Position numbers and translations under genes: made by a program. Of a stretch of 51,441 nucleotides of DNA, positions 17,409 to 28,694 are shown in pieces. The DNA is from a virus (lineage: Duplodnaviria > Caudoviricetes), in the IMG/VR virus record IMGVR_UViG_3300022074_000068, positions 1-51,441 of that record; one strand, 5' to 3'. A model generated the notes under the pieces. That model saw only the letters and a program-made list of their open reading frames with translations. It was not told where the DNA came from and searched no databases. Within the stretch, counting starts at the first letter, position 1; the number at the start of each line of letters is the position of its first letter.

Positions 17409-19669
17409 GTATCGGTTTAGGATTCATAAAAGGTTTAGTTGGTGGTTTTACACAAAATATAGCACAAGAGCAACAAGCACGTGGTGCTGACGATCAACGA
17501 ATTGCTGATGTAGAAAACTTGATATTACAAGCGTCTTTAGATCCTAAAAAAAGAGTTCCTGAAGAAGTAGGAGCTATGTTAAAAAAAGCAAAATCAGATA
17601 TTAGTCAAAGAGGTGGTATTGATCTTTTTGGTAGAGCAGGACCTAGATTAAAACTTGATATGGATAACATAGCAAAGAGTTTAAGTGACATTGATCCTAG
17701 TGACGATGATCAAAAGTTTTTACAATTTGGCAGAGTTAAAATACCTGTTAGTGCAAAATATCAAACAGGAACAGGTAAAGCTTCGTTTATAAATGATTCT
17801 AAACTTGCATTAGATGCAGTACAAAATTATTATTTAAACAATCCTGCATTTTTAACAAGAGACAAAGCTTATTTTGATCAAACTCCTGTTGTAGGCACTG
17901 CTTTTAAAAACTTCTTACAAGCTCAAGGAGAGAATTTTTCTTTAGGATCTGCTAGTGCTGTCAACCCAGATGAGGGTGATAAATATGTAAGTGTGCCATC
18001 TCCGTTTCATCAACATCCATTTATAAGAGATAGTTTTATGTTGAGTATGAACCCAATACTTAAAGAATCTAGTATAGCCTACAACAGTGCTATGAAAAAA
18101 TTAAATGAATCTAAGATGACAGAATCAAGTTTTGAAAATACAGTTTTATTGCCATTTGCAGAATCTGAAGATGATAAAAGTTTGGTATTTTATCCATACA
18201 AATTTGGTGATAAAACAACTGTTCCAATACTAGAAAAGATAGCAGACATAAATAACTTTCCTACAATAGGTGAGTACTTATATAACTATAGAAAAAATGC
18301 ACAAATAGATTTACCCATAGTCACAGACGATCTTAGTCCGACTGGTGCTACTTTGTTTCCAAAGACAACATTTCAACAGTTTTTTCCTAGAGTTATGCAC
18401 GCAGTTGAGTTATATAAATTAAATGCGTGGAAAAAACCTATAAATCAAACAACCGATGATGTTATAAAAATTGTAGGTTATATGAATAGTTCAAGCAATT
18501 TTGATCAATCAGATCCTGCTGAAAAAATAAAAGCATTGGCTATGGTTCAAACTATAGATCCTGCAGATTTACTTTCTCAACAATATGCTAAATTTTCAAC
18601 TTACGATTTTAAAGATGACGATATAAGTGATGCAAGAAATAAAGTCTTTAAAAGATATACAGATGTTAGTATAGAGGATTTTCAAAAAAGATTTAAAGCA
18701 AACAGTGATGTTGTACTAAAACTTGATAGTTTTGTTAAAAATGAATTAAAGGAAGATACAAGTGCAGGAGGTATCACAAGAGGTATAAAGAAAGTGTTAG
18801 GAGGTATAACAGCACCTAGTGGTCAGTTTCAACAAGTTTTTGATTTCTTTACTGGTGGTGCAGGTAACTTATCAGGAGGAGATTTAAAAAAGGGAACTAC
18901 TTTTCAAACTTTAAAAGCAATAGTTGAAAAAGTAAAAAGTAAAGGTGGCTTAGAAAGTGAATTAGCATTTATCCAACAAAACGAAGCTCTTATGATAGTT
19001 TTAGCAGCCAATATGGCAAGAGCATTAGATCCTGCAGGTAGATTATCTAACCAAGATTTTGAAGTTCAATTGACTAGATTAGGTGCATCAAAATGGTTCG
19101 GAACTAAGAAAGGAAGTTTAGCTGCACTAGAATCTGTTGTAGATGAGTTTAACACAGAGTACGGTAAAATTAAAATGATTGATACGGTGCTTATAAACTC
19201 TAGTAGAGGATTTAACAAAGATCAATTGCAAGTATTATCTGCAAACAGATTGTTTAATAGTATTCAACAGACATCATTAGTTCAACAAACTATTTTAGGT
19301 GAGACTGACGAAATTCAATTTGTAGAAGATGAAACGGTTGTGTCTAAAAACCTTGTAGGTCCTAACGGATTGCCAATAACTTATAAAGTAGACGTTAACG
19401 GTAACGACTATTATTTTGAAAACGGTGTTCAAATTTCTAAAGAACAAATAAAATCTGTAAGTCAAACAATTACTAATACAAACGTTGAAGTAAAACCAAA
19501 CACGCAAGAAGTAAAACCAAAAAATGAAGTACAAGTTGATCAAAAACAAACTTTAAAAATTAATATGAAAGATATAACAGGTGGTAACAATGTTGATGGA
19601 TTTACAATAAAAGGATTAGACTACAAAGTAAAACAATTACCAAACGGTGAATTTATTAGAGTTGATTAA
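17405..19669 (+). CDS. putative internal virion (ejection) protein
   Basis: 754 aa; amphipathic Gly-rich N-terminus; MARALDPAGRLSNQD motif. Confidence 0.65.
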   Translation: MSIGLGFIKGLVGGFTQNIAQEQQARGADDQRIADVENLILQASLDPKKRVPEEVGAMLKKAKSDISQRGGIDLFGRAGPRLKLDMDNIAKSLSDIDPSDDDQKFLQFGRVKIPVSAKYQTGTGKASFINDSKLALDAVQNYYLNNPAFLTRDKAYFDQTPVVGTAFKNFLQAQGENFSLGSASAVNPDEGDKYVSVPSPFHQHPFIRDSFMLSMNPILKESSIAYNSAMKKLNESKMTESSFENTVLLPFAESEDDKSLVFYPYKFGDKTTVPILEKIADINNFPTIGEYLYNYRKNAQIDLPIVTDDLSPTGATLFPKTTFQQFFPRVMHAVELYKLNAWKKPINQTTDDVIKIVGYMNSSSNFDQSDPAEKIKALAMVQTIDPADLLSQQYAKFSTYDFKDDDISDARNKVFKRYTDVSIEDFQKRFKANSDVVLKLDSFVKNELKEDTSAGGITRGIKKVLGGITAPSGQFQQVFDFFTGGAGNLSGGDLKKGTTFQTLKAIVEKVKSKGGLESELAFIQQNEALMIVLAANMARALDPAGRLSNQDFEVQLTRLGASKWFGTKKGSLAALESVVDEFNTEYGKIKMIDTVLINSSRGFNKDQLQVLSANRLFNSIQQTSLVQQTILGETDEIQFVEDETVVSKNLVGPNGLPITYKVDVNGNDYYFENGVQISKEQIKSVSQTITNTNVEVKPNTQEVKPKNEVQVDQKQTLKINMKDITGGNNVDGFTIKGLDYKVKQLPNGEFIRVD

Positions 19670-19679
19670 AGGTATGTAA

Positions 19680-22600
19680 ATGGCAGAAGTGCAAACACAA
19701 ATAAAAGACGATACCGAAGAAGATAAAGTTGAAGAAAACAAAGTTGTGAAAGACAATGTAGAAGAGAACAAAGTCATCACTCCTTCTGTTAATGATAATT
19801 CAACTATGGATATTGTTGTCAATCCTACAGCTAATTTAGGCGATCCTAAAATAAAAAAAATTGTTAAAGAGGATATAGTCACACAAGGAGAAGAGGGCAA
19901 GATAACCTATGATAAGATTATTTCAGGAGAAGTAGATCAAATAGGTGGTCAAAAAATAGACTTTGTTACAAAGACATTAGCACAAGAAGGTCATGTTCCC
20001 TCTATTATAAAAATAGAAAAGTTAGCAAAGGATGCTCCTAAACCAACTGACGTTAAGATAGGTGGTATTAGGAAAGGCGAAGTCATGTCTTTCACAGGAT
20101 TATCCGAAGATCAAGTTACAGACTTAACCCAGTATGCAACAGGTAGATTAAGAGTTCTTAATGCTTTACAAGCAGAAAATCCTCAAACTGGCGAATCTCG
20201 TGTTCAAGATAAAAGAATACAACAGTTGCTCGTTGATTATTATAGCACTGGTCAATTCTACACAGAAATAGCTAAAAGATTAGCAGAGTCTGGTAGAGGT
20301 TTAACTTTGACACCTGTCCTTGCAAACATGGCGTATCATCTTGTGGGTGCTGCCACGGATGCAGTAGATTTACCTGACAATGCACAAAGACTTTTTGGAT
20401 TTACAGTTGAAGATGAGACATTTGCTGACTCGTGGAACAAACGATCTCCTGCAATGGCAGAGTTTTATCAACAGTATAAGGCAATGATTGAAGAAGATCT
20501 AGGAGCGTCTGGATTAACAACAGCTTCTGCAATGAATGATGATCTAAAAAAGATATACGTAGAGGTGTATGGTCAAGAAGAGTACGATAAAAGATATAAA
20601 ATAACAAATCCTGTAACAGGTAAAAAAGTAGAACTTCCTATAATAAGTGAAGAGCTAGGTCAAGATCTTTTAAAAATAGCGTTTGATGAATTACCTATAG
20701 AGCAACGTGTAGCTACAATGATATTAGAAAATGTAGGTATAGGTGGTATTATAGCTAAAGCAAGATTGTACAATGGTAAGTTTGATCTTAAAAAAGCTCA
20801 AGATCTAAGAAAAAATGAGCCAGAAGAATATGGTGGTTTAACTAATATTCAAATCCTAAGAAAGTCAAATATAAAAAATGCGTCAAATGGATTTACTAAA
20901 GCTTGGTACAAAACAACAGCTAACATAGGCAGACGATTTAAAATGAGAGGTGCTGTTGATTCAGCACAACATAATTTGGATAGAGACAATGCTGTTCGTT
21001 TACTAGATAAACAGATAGGAGATGTTCAAAAAGAATTAAATGGATCAAAATTAGATACGTTTAATAAAAACAGACTTCTTAATAAGTTAGAAAATTTAGA
21101 AACACAAAGAACTAAATTTGTTTTTCCCTTTCCTCGTAAAACATTTATGACTGGTGTATTTAAAGATGAATTAGTTATAGGACTCGGACAAGGAGCAGGA
21201 TATGAAATTAGTAGATTTTATGGCTTTAATACAGATGCAGGTGAAGTAATAGGTGCTTTGTCTACGGCAACAGGAGTTCCACAATTTTTAATTAAAAAAT
21301 CACTTGTAGGAAAATACGCACCTTTAACACTTGCAAATAATTGGACTGGAGGTGCATTAACAAACTTTGCATCAACTATAGAGATGTTACCTTTTATAAA
21401 GAAAGGTACATTTATTGATCGCAGATTTGAAACTCTAGAGGATGAACTTGGCGTTCCGTTAACAATAGAGCAAAAAGTAGCTGTAGAAGAAACATCAAGA
21501 ATTATAAAAAACTTGAATCCTGAACAAAGAGAGATGATATGGAACTCAATAAATGAGTATCAACGAGTAAGAGATAGAATTGTAAATTCTTTTAAAGATC
21601 CTGAAAAAAGAAAAGAAGCTAGAAGATTGTTTCAATTAAGTTTTGCTCACATATCAGGATTAGCACCATTACAAGCCTTACAAGCAAAAGCTTCAGGTAA
21701 ATTAAGTGCAACAGGTAGAAACCTTGAAGATGCTATAGGGTATCAATTACAAGCAGAAAATACAGTTGCTGCGGCCACAGCTGCAATAAATAATCTTAGA
21801 AGAATGGTAAGAGATGACTTAACTGTTGATACTGAAGATAGAGAAGTTTTAACAACGTTTGTAGAAAACTTTCAAAAAGCATCAGACAATTATACTTTAA
21901 TGGTCAACGAAAATAAAATAGACTATATGAAGCAACTTCAAGAATTAAAAAATAATATAATAAAAGATCCAACTAAAAGTTTACCTTCCAACTTAATATC
22001 ATCACTGGCAGAGATGGAAGTAAAAATAACTGCAGGTGCAGCTAACAATCTTGAGAAAAAACGTGATATATATATTGAAACAACTAAAGATGTATTTAAA
22101 CAACTAAATCTTAGAGGTAAAAATTTACAACTTCTAAGGGGTACACCTGAATACAAATTTCAATTAGGTAAATACATAGAGGAAGTATACGATGCTCGTG
22201 ACGAAAGTATTTATCTTCAAAGTAAACTTTTGTATCAACCCATAGATGCTGATGGTGATCTCATTAATATATCAAATGTAGTTGCAGACTTAATGGGTAG
22301 AGAAAAAAGGTTATCTGGAAAAGAATTAAAACAATTTTTTTCAGCAGAAGGAGATTTATTCAGAAGTAGATCTGGTAGATATCTTAGACAATCCATGAAC
22401 TCTATGGCAAAAAGAAATCTTAAAAAAGAATTAGGTTTAGAAGATGATGATTTTACTCAACTACAAGCGTACCATGCTAATCCTGAACTATTGAAAGGTG
22501 CTGACAAAGAGGACTATTTAGTAGATCCTAGTCCGTTAAACATAGCTTTTTTATACATGCAAAAGTCAAAAGGAGATGCAGAAAAAGCTAGATTTTCACC

Positions 22601-24377
22601 ATTCAAAGGCACGGTATCTGAAGTTGAGGATTTAAGACGACACCTTGTAAATTTAAGTATGCGAACTAAAGAATCAAATCCTAGTTTAAGTAAACAGTAC
22701 GGTGATCTCGCAGAAACGGTCAACTCTTCTTTGATGGCAGATTCAAGAGCAGAAGATATACTTAACGCACGTAAGGGATATAAAAAATTAAATTTTGATC
22801 CAGTAAGAAAAGGTGGCATAGGTCAAAAATTAGATACAGCTAGAAATAATCAACCTGCTAAAGAATTTGTTGCAGAAAACGAGTATAAATATCAATACGT
22901 AACAGGGTTTCAACCAGAAAACTTTCATGATGGATTTGGCAAAAACATGGAAAAAATCCTAAAGAAAGACGATCCTACTGCAGTAACTGCTTTGATGAAA
23001 GAAAAAAGGGAGTTGGTAGAATTTTGGACTGCAGACTCATCTGTGCCTAGAGTTTTTGATTTGACAACAGAAGAGGGAAGAGAAAAGTTAGCTACTGTTT
23101 CTAGTTTGGTATCGGCAAGTATATATGAACATTGGGGAACAGCTAGAGATGCAGTTTTAGAAAAATTGCGTAGACAACAAAGAGCAGGTATATCTGTAGG
23201 TCCTGAAGATTATGATTTTACTAGTGCTGAACGAATACAACAACTACAAAATCTTCTTACAGTGCAAGTGAAAACAGCACCCACCAAAGTTGGCACTCGT
23301 GGAATGGAAATCCCCGGAGAAATACAAACTGTCAAATTAGTTGATCTATCTCAAATAGTTAATGAAGAAAAAGAATTACTTAACTTACTTGATGTCAGTT
23401 CAAGAGCTAGAAAAGAACTAAAAGATTTAACAGACGAATTAAACGACACAACAAGTTTGTTAAATGAACGTGCAGCAGCAAAGTTTAAAATACAAGATAA
23501 AGGAAGTAAGGAGCTTGAAAAAGTAGCTAATATAAGAGACTCTGAACAGTTTTACAAAATGTATGTAGAACAAGGATCTCCTAGCATGATAGCAACTTTA
23601 CGAGAAAATTATATTACTTCTAGAATTTATGATGGTAAAGTTACACGTGAAGAAGCTCTAGCAGAATTTAAACAAGGCATGGTATTTCATATAACAGAAG
23701 GTCTTTTAAAAAGAGCAGGGAAACAAAGATCAGAAAATACATTGACAGGTATAGATGGATTACCTTTTCAACTTACAGAGTTTACAAATGCAGGTCAATT
23801 AGCTACAGATCTTACTGATACTAACACACAAAAAATATTGAGTGTTATTGGCTTTGAGGATAAACACATTCAACATCTCGAAGATTTAGGTAGGTTCTTT
23901 GAATATGCTCAAGGTTCTAGTTTAGCTAGATACGATGTCTACGGTGGTGTTAGATCAATATCGCCCAATGAATTAATAAGTCGTGCATTTAATTTAGCTA
24001 GAGGTATGGTAAGTCCTACATATGTTGCAGGAGAATTTAGTGCAAGAATACTAATATCTAAGCAACAAGAACTAATAGCTCTTGCAGCTCAAAGTAAAGA
24101 AGCTGCGAGGATACTTGGTGATGTGTTGCAAAATCCAACAGCAGTAGTTGCTAATGATATAAAGACATTAGCTGTTCTCTTAAAAGAATTTGCTGCTACA
24201 AAGCTACTACAACTTGGAGCAAAAGCACCATCTTACTTACCTGCTAGTGATCTACAAGCTGCCTATTTAGAAACTCAAGGAGTTGATTTTAGTTCAGTTC
24301 TTGAAGATCCCAAACGTAAAAAACAACCATTAGAAAAACTATATGAAGAGGAAAAAGTTAATGAAAATGTACAATAA
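19680..24377 (+). CDS. large internal virion (ejection) protein
   Basis: 1565 aa, helical; last large gene of the structural arm; ISRAFNLARGMVSP.YVAGE near the C-terminus. Confidence 0.7.
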   Translation: MAEVQTQIKDDTEEDKVEENKVVKDNVEENKVITPSVNDNSTMDIVVNPTANLGDPKIKKIVKEDIVTQGEEGKITYDKIISGEVDQIGGQKIDFVTKTLAQEGHVPSIIKIEKLAKDAPKPTDVKIGGIRKGEVMSFTGLSEDQVTDLTQYATGRLRVLNALQAENPQTGESRVQDKRIQQLLVDYYSTGQFYTEIAKRLAESGRGLTLTPVLANMAYHLVGAATDAVDLPDNAQRLFGFTVEDETFADSWNKRSPAMAEFYQQYKAMIEEDLGASGLTTASAMNDDLKKIYVEVYGQEEYDKRYKITNPVTGKKVELPIISEELGQDLLKIAFDELPIEQRVATMILENVGIGGIIAKARLYNGKFDLKKAQDLRKNEPEEYGGLTNIQILRKSNIKNASNGFTKAWYKTTANIGRRFKMRGAVDSAQHNLDRDNAVRLLDKQIGDVQKELNGSKLDTFNKNRLLNKLENLETQRTKFVFPFPRKTFMTGVFKDELVIGLGQGAGYEISRFYGFNTDAGEVIGALSTATGVPQFLIKKSLVGKYAPLTLANNWTGGALTNFASTIEMLPFIKKGTFIDRRFETLEDELGVPLTIEQKVAVEETSRIIKNLNPEQREMIWNSINEYQRVRDRIVNSFKDPEKRKEARRLFQLSFAHISGLAPLQALQAKASGKLSATGRNLEDAIGYQLQAENTVAAATAAINNLRRMVRDDLTVDTEDREVLTTFVENFQKASDNYTLMVNENKIDYMKQLQELKNNIIKDPTKSLPSNLISSLAEMEVKITAGAANNLEKKRDIYIETTKDVFKQLNLRGKNLQLLRGTPEYKFQLGKYIEEVYDARDESIYLQSKLLYQPIDADGDLINISNVVADLMGREKRLSGKELKQFFSAEGDLFRSRSGRYLRQSMNSMAKRNLKKELGLEDDDFTQLQAYHANPELLKGADKEDYLVDPSPLNIAFLYMQKSKGDAEKARFSPFKGTVSEVEDLRRHLVNLSMRTKESNPSLSKQYGDLAETVNSSLMADSRAEDILNARKGYKKLNFDPVRKGGIGQKLDTARNNQPAKEFVAENEYKYQYVTGFQPENFHDGFGKNMEKILKKDDPTAVTALMKEKRELVEFWTADSSVPRVFDLTTEEGREKLATVSSLVSASIYEHWGTARDAVLEKLRRQQRAGISVGPEDYDFTSAERIQQLQNLLTVQVKTAPTKVGTRGMEIPGEIQTVKLVDLSQIVNEEKELLNLLDVSSRARKELKDLTDELNDTTSLLNERAAAKFKIQDKGSKELEKVANIRDSEQFYKMYVEQGSPSMIATLRENYITSRIYDGKVTREEALAEFKQGMVFHITEGLLKRAGKQRSENTLTGIDGLPFQLTEFTNAGQLATDLTDTNTQKILSVIGFEDKHIQHLEDLGRFFEYAQGSSLARYDVYGGVRSISPNELISRAFNLARGMVSPTYVAGEFSARILISKQQELIALAAQSKEAARILGDVLQNPTAVVANDIKTLAVLLKEFAATKLLQLGAKAPSYLPASDLQAAYLETQGVDFSSVLEDPKRKKQPLEKLYEEEKVNENVQ

Positions 24378-24693
24378 CGGACAACGCCCACAAAAAATGT
24401 ATGGTGGTGGTATGGCTATGAGAAAACCTATGATGATGGGTGGACTTGCTGAAAAGAACAGAAGCCAAAATACCATGACACCTAAAGCAACAGACTCAAT
24501 GGGTATGATGACCCAACAGAAGAAGTTTGGTATGGGTTACAATCTTGGTGGTGCGATTAAAAAGTTTGAAAATAAAAGTAGTGGTGGTAAGCTTACAGGC
24601 AAGAAAAAAGAGTTGGCAGCAATGTATGGCAATCCAAATGAGATAACACGTGGTGACATAATTACTGCGGCCAAAAAGAAAAAGAAATCTTAA
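24361..24693 (+). CDS. small basic Met/Gly-rich protein with xxGG motifs
   Basis: Start moved to ATG 24361 (GAGGA RBS); MYGGG, MMMGG, YNLGG; ends ITRGDII.A.KKKK. Confidence 0.7.
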   Translation: MKMYNNGQRPQKMYGGGMAMRKPMMMGGLAEKNRSQNTMTPKATDSMGMMTQQKKFGMGYNLGGAIKKFENKSSGGKLTGKKKELAAMYGNPNEITRGDIITAAKKKKKS

Positions 24694-24911
24694 ATATAGT
24701 TTCGTGAACCACTCATTATATCATCAGCACTCTTCCTCAAGTACCGAAGCAGTGATGCAACCTGACTTGTGCCACTATACATAGGCAACCCAGTATTCAA
24801 TTCTCGTTCGAGATCGTCAGGGGTAACTGCTTCGTAGTTCATCTCCACATTCCCCTCTTTATTTAAAAATACTTCTAATGAAAATAGTTTAGCTTTAGTT
24901 TTTGATATCAT
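24690..24911 (-). CDS. hypothetical protein
   Basis: 73 aa; last gene of the replication arm, converging on the structural arm. Confidence 0.6.
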   Translation of the reverse strand: MISKTKAKLFSLEVFLNKEGNVEMNYEAVTPDDLERELNTGLPMYSGTSQVASLLRYLRKSADDIMSGSRNYI

Positions 24912-25380
24912 GGCAAGGACTCAATTGACTTATCTGTAGGTTATAACAATCAGCCTTGAATGTATAGCCGTTGTTATAATCAATATCCCCTTTTCTGTAT
25001 AGGGTGGCTTCTTTGTAAAAGCTCTGTTTGGATATGCCACCAAGAATCCAAGCTTTAGTTAAATCTGTAAGTATGCGAACAAACACATACGCATCACAAT
25101 CTTGTTTAGTTCCATGCAACGCTACAGAACAATCATAAAAAGGTTTAGGCTTAGAGTTACAACGCTTGGTCTTAACATCTATTCTCATCCCATCCTTCAC
25201 AAGATCGTAATCGTATGTATTCATCTGCTCTGCTTCAATACTATCAGCAACAATTATCTCACCTATCGCACCTACAACGTTGCTAGTGCCACCTGTAATA
25301 CTTCCCTGCAATATGCCCACAGTAGAAGCTTTTTCCCTCGCACGGTTCATATAATCGTCATTGATCGGTATCTCTATCAT
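24895..25380 (-). CDS. PD-(D/E)xK-like hypothetical protein
   Basis: GAIGE...YDYDL.....IDVKTK. Confidence 0.65.
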   Translation of the reverse strand: MIEIPINDDYMNRAREKASTVGILQGSITGGTSNVVGAIGEIIVADSIEAEQMNTYDYDLVKDGMRIDVKTKRCNSKPKPFYDCSVALHGTKQDCDAYVFVRILTDLTKAWILGGISKQSFYKEATLYRKGDIDYNNGYTFKADCYNLQISQLSPCHDIKN

Positions 25381-27308
25381 TAGCTTGAACTCAAGTCCAC
25401 GACTTCACAGGCATCTGCTGTACAGGCTAACTCACGAGATCCACTTGTATTATCTTCCTTTTCATACATAGAGAACTTAGTCCAGTCGAGTGACGATGGT
25501 ACACGCCCATTCCATTCGAGATATTCATCTGCATCTATGTCCTGATAAGGAGCTTGTTGGTAGGTGTGATCAGAGAATGGTAAGAATGATACCCCTGATG
25601 CAATATCAAAGTTCTCATACAACCATGCACCCACTTCCATCCATTCACTTTCTTTTACAGAAATAGTAACAGACGGCTTGTGTTCACACCAATAAAGTGC
25701 ATAGACTTTCCATAACTCTAGTTGTTCTATTGCACTCATCTCTGTCCTAGTGATAGCACCACTAGGGGATTTCATTGGAAACGAAAAGACAGTAACACTA
25801 TCAGGTTTTGTGATATCAGGTTCGTAAGGTATGTTTTCTTCTTTCATGAATTGTGTAAGTGGATCTTTGTTATCACCACGTACAGTTCTTACATAAAAAG
25901 GATTGTGTCTAGCGTGTATACCTGACGCTGAATCAGTCAGTTGCGATACAGTACCACTTGGCTTTACACATGTAATAGCCGTACTTCTTGGTATGCCAAT
26001 CTTCTGTGCATACTCTTTGTTTGTATCTACTGCAACTTGTTTCATTTCCTGTAACCAAACCTTTGAATCTGTCTGTCTAGCCAACACATAATTATCCATG
26101 ATACCAGTTAATGAAACACCTAACAAGCGTTCTTCTTCAGTATTTGTTTTCCATATCTTTCGTAAGTATTTTAAATCTGTAAGAGTAGATTGAAATGTAC
26201 CCAAGATAGTTGCAATCCTTACTTTGGATCGTAAGCTTATCAAGTCATCACCCTCACGAACTACAACTTCAGATAGATTACAGAACTGGTACGGTCTAAG
26301 TATAATCTCACTACATGGATTAGTACCCCACATATGCCCTGTCTGTCGTCTACCATTCTTAGCAACTTGATCATCTGCAGCCTTACGGTTGAACATACCA
26401 CGTTCACCTGACTTAGACTCATACAAGGCTAACCATTCTCTCATGTAAGTTTCCATACTTGGCTTACCTTTATATGCTACAGAGTTGTTAGCTAAAGATC
26501 GTTGTCCTTCGTTTTCCCACCATTGACCTGTCTTAGCGTGAGCCATTTGATCATCATTCAGGTTAGATAGACTGATCAATGCAGATCGTCTCACTCCACC
26601 TACAACAACAACCTCACCAACTTTGCACATGATATCGTGACACTCGATAGGAAATAGTTTTCTACCTTTTGCTTCTTTGAACTTATCTATTGTAAACTTA
26701 AATAAGTTGACCAACGGATCAGGTCCTGATGCTCTACCACCCATAACTTTTAGTCTTGCACCTGCAGGTCTAACATTAGATATATCCCAAGACGGTATCA
26801 TCCCTGAATAGAGCAATGCAACAAGTTCACGAAATGACTTTGCCCATCCTGCTTTGCTATCTTCTACAATAATAACAACGTCAGAGTCTTGCATGTTTTC
26901 GCTGATGATAGGTAGCTTGTCTACATTCTCACGTTCAACACTAAATCCCACACCTGTACCACACATAAGTATGTACATCGCTTCATCGAAAGATCGTGGA
27001 CTATCCACAGGTAAATAGCTACAGTTGTAACCACACACGTTATCTCTTTTCAATGCCTGTCCTGCAGTCATCAAAGCTCTCATAGACGGCATAACACTAA
27101 GGTTGGTTATGTATTCTTCTATGGCTTGTTTATCTACCTTATCTATCTTGTAGTTGTGCTTTTCAAGTAAAGCTTCTTCCATAAAGTTTATGTATCTTGA
27201 AACTGTTTCACCCCAGTTTTCTCTTCTTCCTTCTTCATCAAGCCAACGAGCATATCGTGATTTGTGGATGAACTCTTGGTATGATGTTGGTAACATATTA
27301 GACGACAT
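25380..27308 (-). CDS. nrdJ: class II (adenosylcobalamin-dependent) ribonucleotide reductase
   Basis: VMPSMRAL, YNCSY, LMCGTGVGFS, GGVRRSA, TNPCSEI, TCVKPSGTVSQL and C-terminal ACTADACE; no NrdB partner in the window. Confidence 0.92.
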   Translation of the reverse strand: MSSNMLPTSYQEFIHKSRYARWLDEEGRRENWGETVSRYINFMEEALLEKHNYKIDKVDKQAIEEYITNLSVMPSMRALMTAGQALKRDNVCGYNCSYLPVDSPRSFDEAMYILMCGTGVGFSVERENVDKLPIISENMQDSDVVIIVEDSKAGWAKSFRELVALLYSGMIPSWDISNVRPAGARLKVMGGRASGPDPLVNLFKFTIDKFKEAKGRKLFPIECHDIMCKVGEVVVVGGVRRSALISLSNLNDDQMAHAKTGQWWENEGQRSLANNSVAYKGKPSMETYMREWLALYESKSGERGMFNRKAADDQVAKNGRRQTGHMWGTNPCSEIILRPYQFCNLSEVVVREGDDLISLRSKVRIATILGTFQSTLTDLKYLRKIWKTNTEEERLLGVSLTGIMDNYVLARQTDSKVWLQEMKQVAVDTNKEYAQKIGIPRSTAITCVKPSGTVSQLTDSASGIHARHNPFYVRTVRGDNKDPLTQFMKEENIPYEPDITKPDSVTVFSFPMKSPSGAITRTEMSAIEQLELWKVYALYWCEHKPSVTISVKESEWMEVGAWLYENFDIASGVSFLPFSDHTYQQAPYQDIDADEYLEWNGRVPSSLDWTKFSMYEKEDNTSGSRELACTADACEVVDLSSS

Positions 27309-27312
27309 TCTT

Positions 27313-27600
27313 TTACCCCTTTTTTATTTCTATTAGTTTATTTAAATACCATCGTGCTTTTTCTAAATCCTCTACACCATTCTTGTATGGGTATCTGCAT
27401 AAATACTTCATAATATTTCCTTGTAGATAAAATTCAAAACCATCTCCAGTTACAGAACCTATCATATCTATAGTTTCTATACTGGTTGCATTGTAGTGTG
27501 GTGGATGGTCAACCATACTACTCATCTCTATATTATCAGACTGCATATGTGCCTGTTCTTCTTTCATCTTTTTCCTCATGTACTCTATATGCCTTAACAT
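27313..27600 (-). CDS. DUF3310 family protein (T7 gp1.7-like nucleotide kinase domain)
   Basis: VDHPPHY...IETID...GNIMKYLCRY..KNGVEDLEKARWYL. Confidence 0.85.
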   Translation of the reverse strand: MLRHIEYMRKKMKEEQAHMQSDNIEMSSMVDHPPHYNATSIETIDMIGSVTGDGFEFYLQGNIMKYLCRYPYKNGVEDLEKARWYLNKLIEIKKG

Positions 27601-27947
27601 TATTCTTTACCAAAATCAACTTTAATTACATTATCTTTGTATTTTATTGTTTTACCTTCTTCATCAAGCACTTCACCAAACATTCGTTTAGATACATAGT
27701 TGTATGCAAGTTCTGATGTACCAAAGTTAAATACTTCTTCGCTCTTACCCATAAGTAATCCAACAAGACCCTCATGTATTATTGATCCTACAGAGTGATC
27801 GATCTCAGACTTATATTCTTTCTCTGTCGTATCATAAGCACTCATCTTGAATTTATCATCACCAACATCCGTAAGTATAATATAGTAGTGACCCTTTTGT
27901 AAATTCATTTTCTTTGCAAATTCTATTGCATCTTTTTCACTTTCCAT
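27600..27947 (-). CDS. hypothetical protein
   Basis: Start moved to ATG 27947 (MESEKDA); ends NVIKVDF. Confidence 0.7.
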   Translation of the reverse strand: MESEKDAIEFAKKMNLQKGHYYIILTDVGDDKFKMSAYDTTEKEYKSEIDHSVGSIIHEGLVGLLMGKSEEVFNFGTSELAYNYVSKRMFGEVLDEEGKTIKYKDNVIKVDFGKE

Positions 27948-28311
27948 TTTTGTACCACTCCACAGGTATTGACTTCTCTGCCCATCTGTAATCGTGCTTG
28001 TTGCACCAATCAGCATAGGTTGTTTTACTACCCTTGTATATTTTGTTACGTGCGTTCATAAAAACAAAACGTATATCCAAATCTTTGTGTTGTTGTTTTA
28101 CCAAAGCCATCTTCACTCTATCTGCCTTATCAAAATGTCCTTTTGCTTCTACATAAATACCACTCTCGACTATATAGAAATCAGGAGTGTACGTTCTTGG
28201 CTTGGGTATGTAAAGAAACTTCTTTGATTCATACTCAAACTTAACTTTGTTTTGAGCCAAACCTTTTGCAAGATGCAACTCAAAGCGTGATCTGTATTTC
28301 ATTCTGTTCAT
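27937..28311 (-). CDS. endonuclease I (T7 gp3-like Holliday junction resolvase)
   Basis: YRSRFE, YTPDF, EAKG, DIRFVF, KTTYADWC; start moved to ATG 28311. Confidence 0.9.
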   Translation of the reverse strand: MNRMKYRSRFELHLAKGLAQNKVKFEYESKKFLYIPKPRTYTPDFYIVESGIYVEAKGHFDKADRVKMALVKQQHKDLDIRFVFMNARNKIYKGSKTTYADWCNKHDYRWAEKSIPVEWYKNGK

Positions 28312-28694
28312 ATGTTCTTTTTCAACCCTAAAGACTGCAGTCGTTTTTTTACATATCCTGCCAGTTTGGGGGATTGTTTTTCTAGTATAAGAAGTTCTTC
28401 TGTTAATCCAAGTATCGGAAGGCATATTACTTTACCCTGACTGCTGACGTAGTTTATTGTTTGAAATTGATTTTCTATTTTTACTATATCTCTTTTTTCT
28501 GTGTGGGAGGTGAGAGTTCCGTTGTCTGAAAAGTTTTCACGAAGAGTAAGGGGAATACCTCTTTCATGTTGACGTAAATGAACAACGTCTCTCCCACCAC
28601 CTGTCTCCACATGGGAGTCTATATAAACGTGGTACAAGTCCTCGTTTAATCCTAAAAGATCTATATGAAATTGATGGACATAAATAATTGCCAT
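28308..28694 (-). CDS. hypothetical protein
   Basis: 128 aa, translationally coupled on both sides. Confidence 0.7.
   Translation of the reverse strand: MAIIYVHQFHIDLLGLNEDLYHVYIDSHVETGGGRDVVHLRQHERGIPLTLRENFSDNGTLTSHTEKRDIVKIENQFQTINYVSSQGKVICLPILGLTEELLILEKQSPKLAGYVKKRLQSLGLKKNI

Noticed and set aside
25380-27308. Intein or intron in NrdJ (TerL, helicase and PolA also checked)
   Set aside because: Lengths and motif spacing look normal; no intein terminal motifs or homing endonuclease seen.
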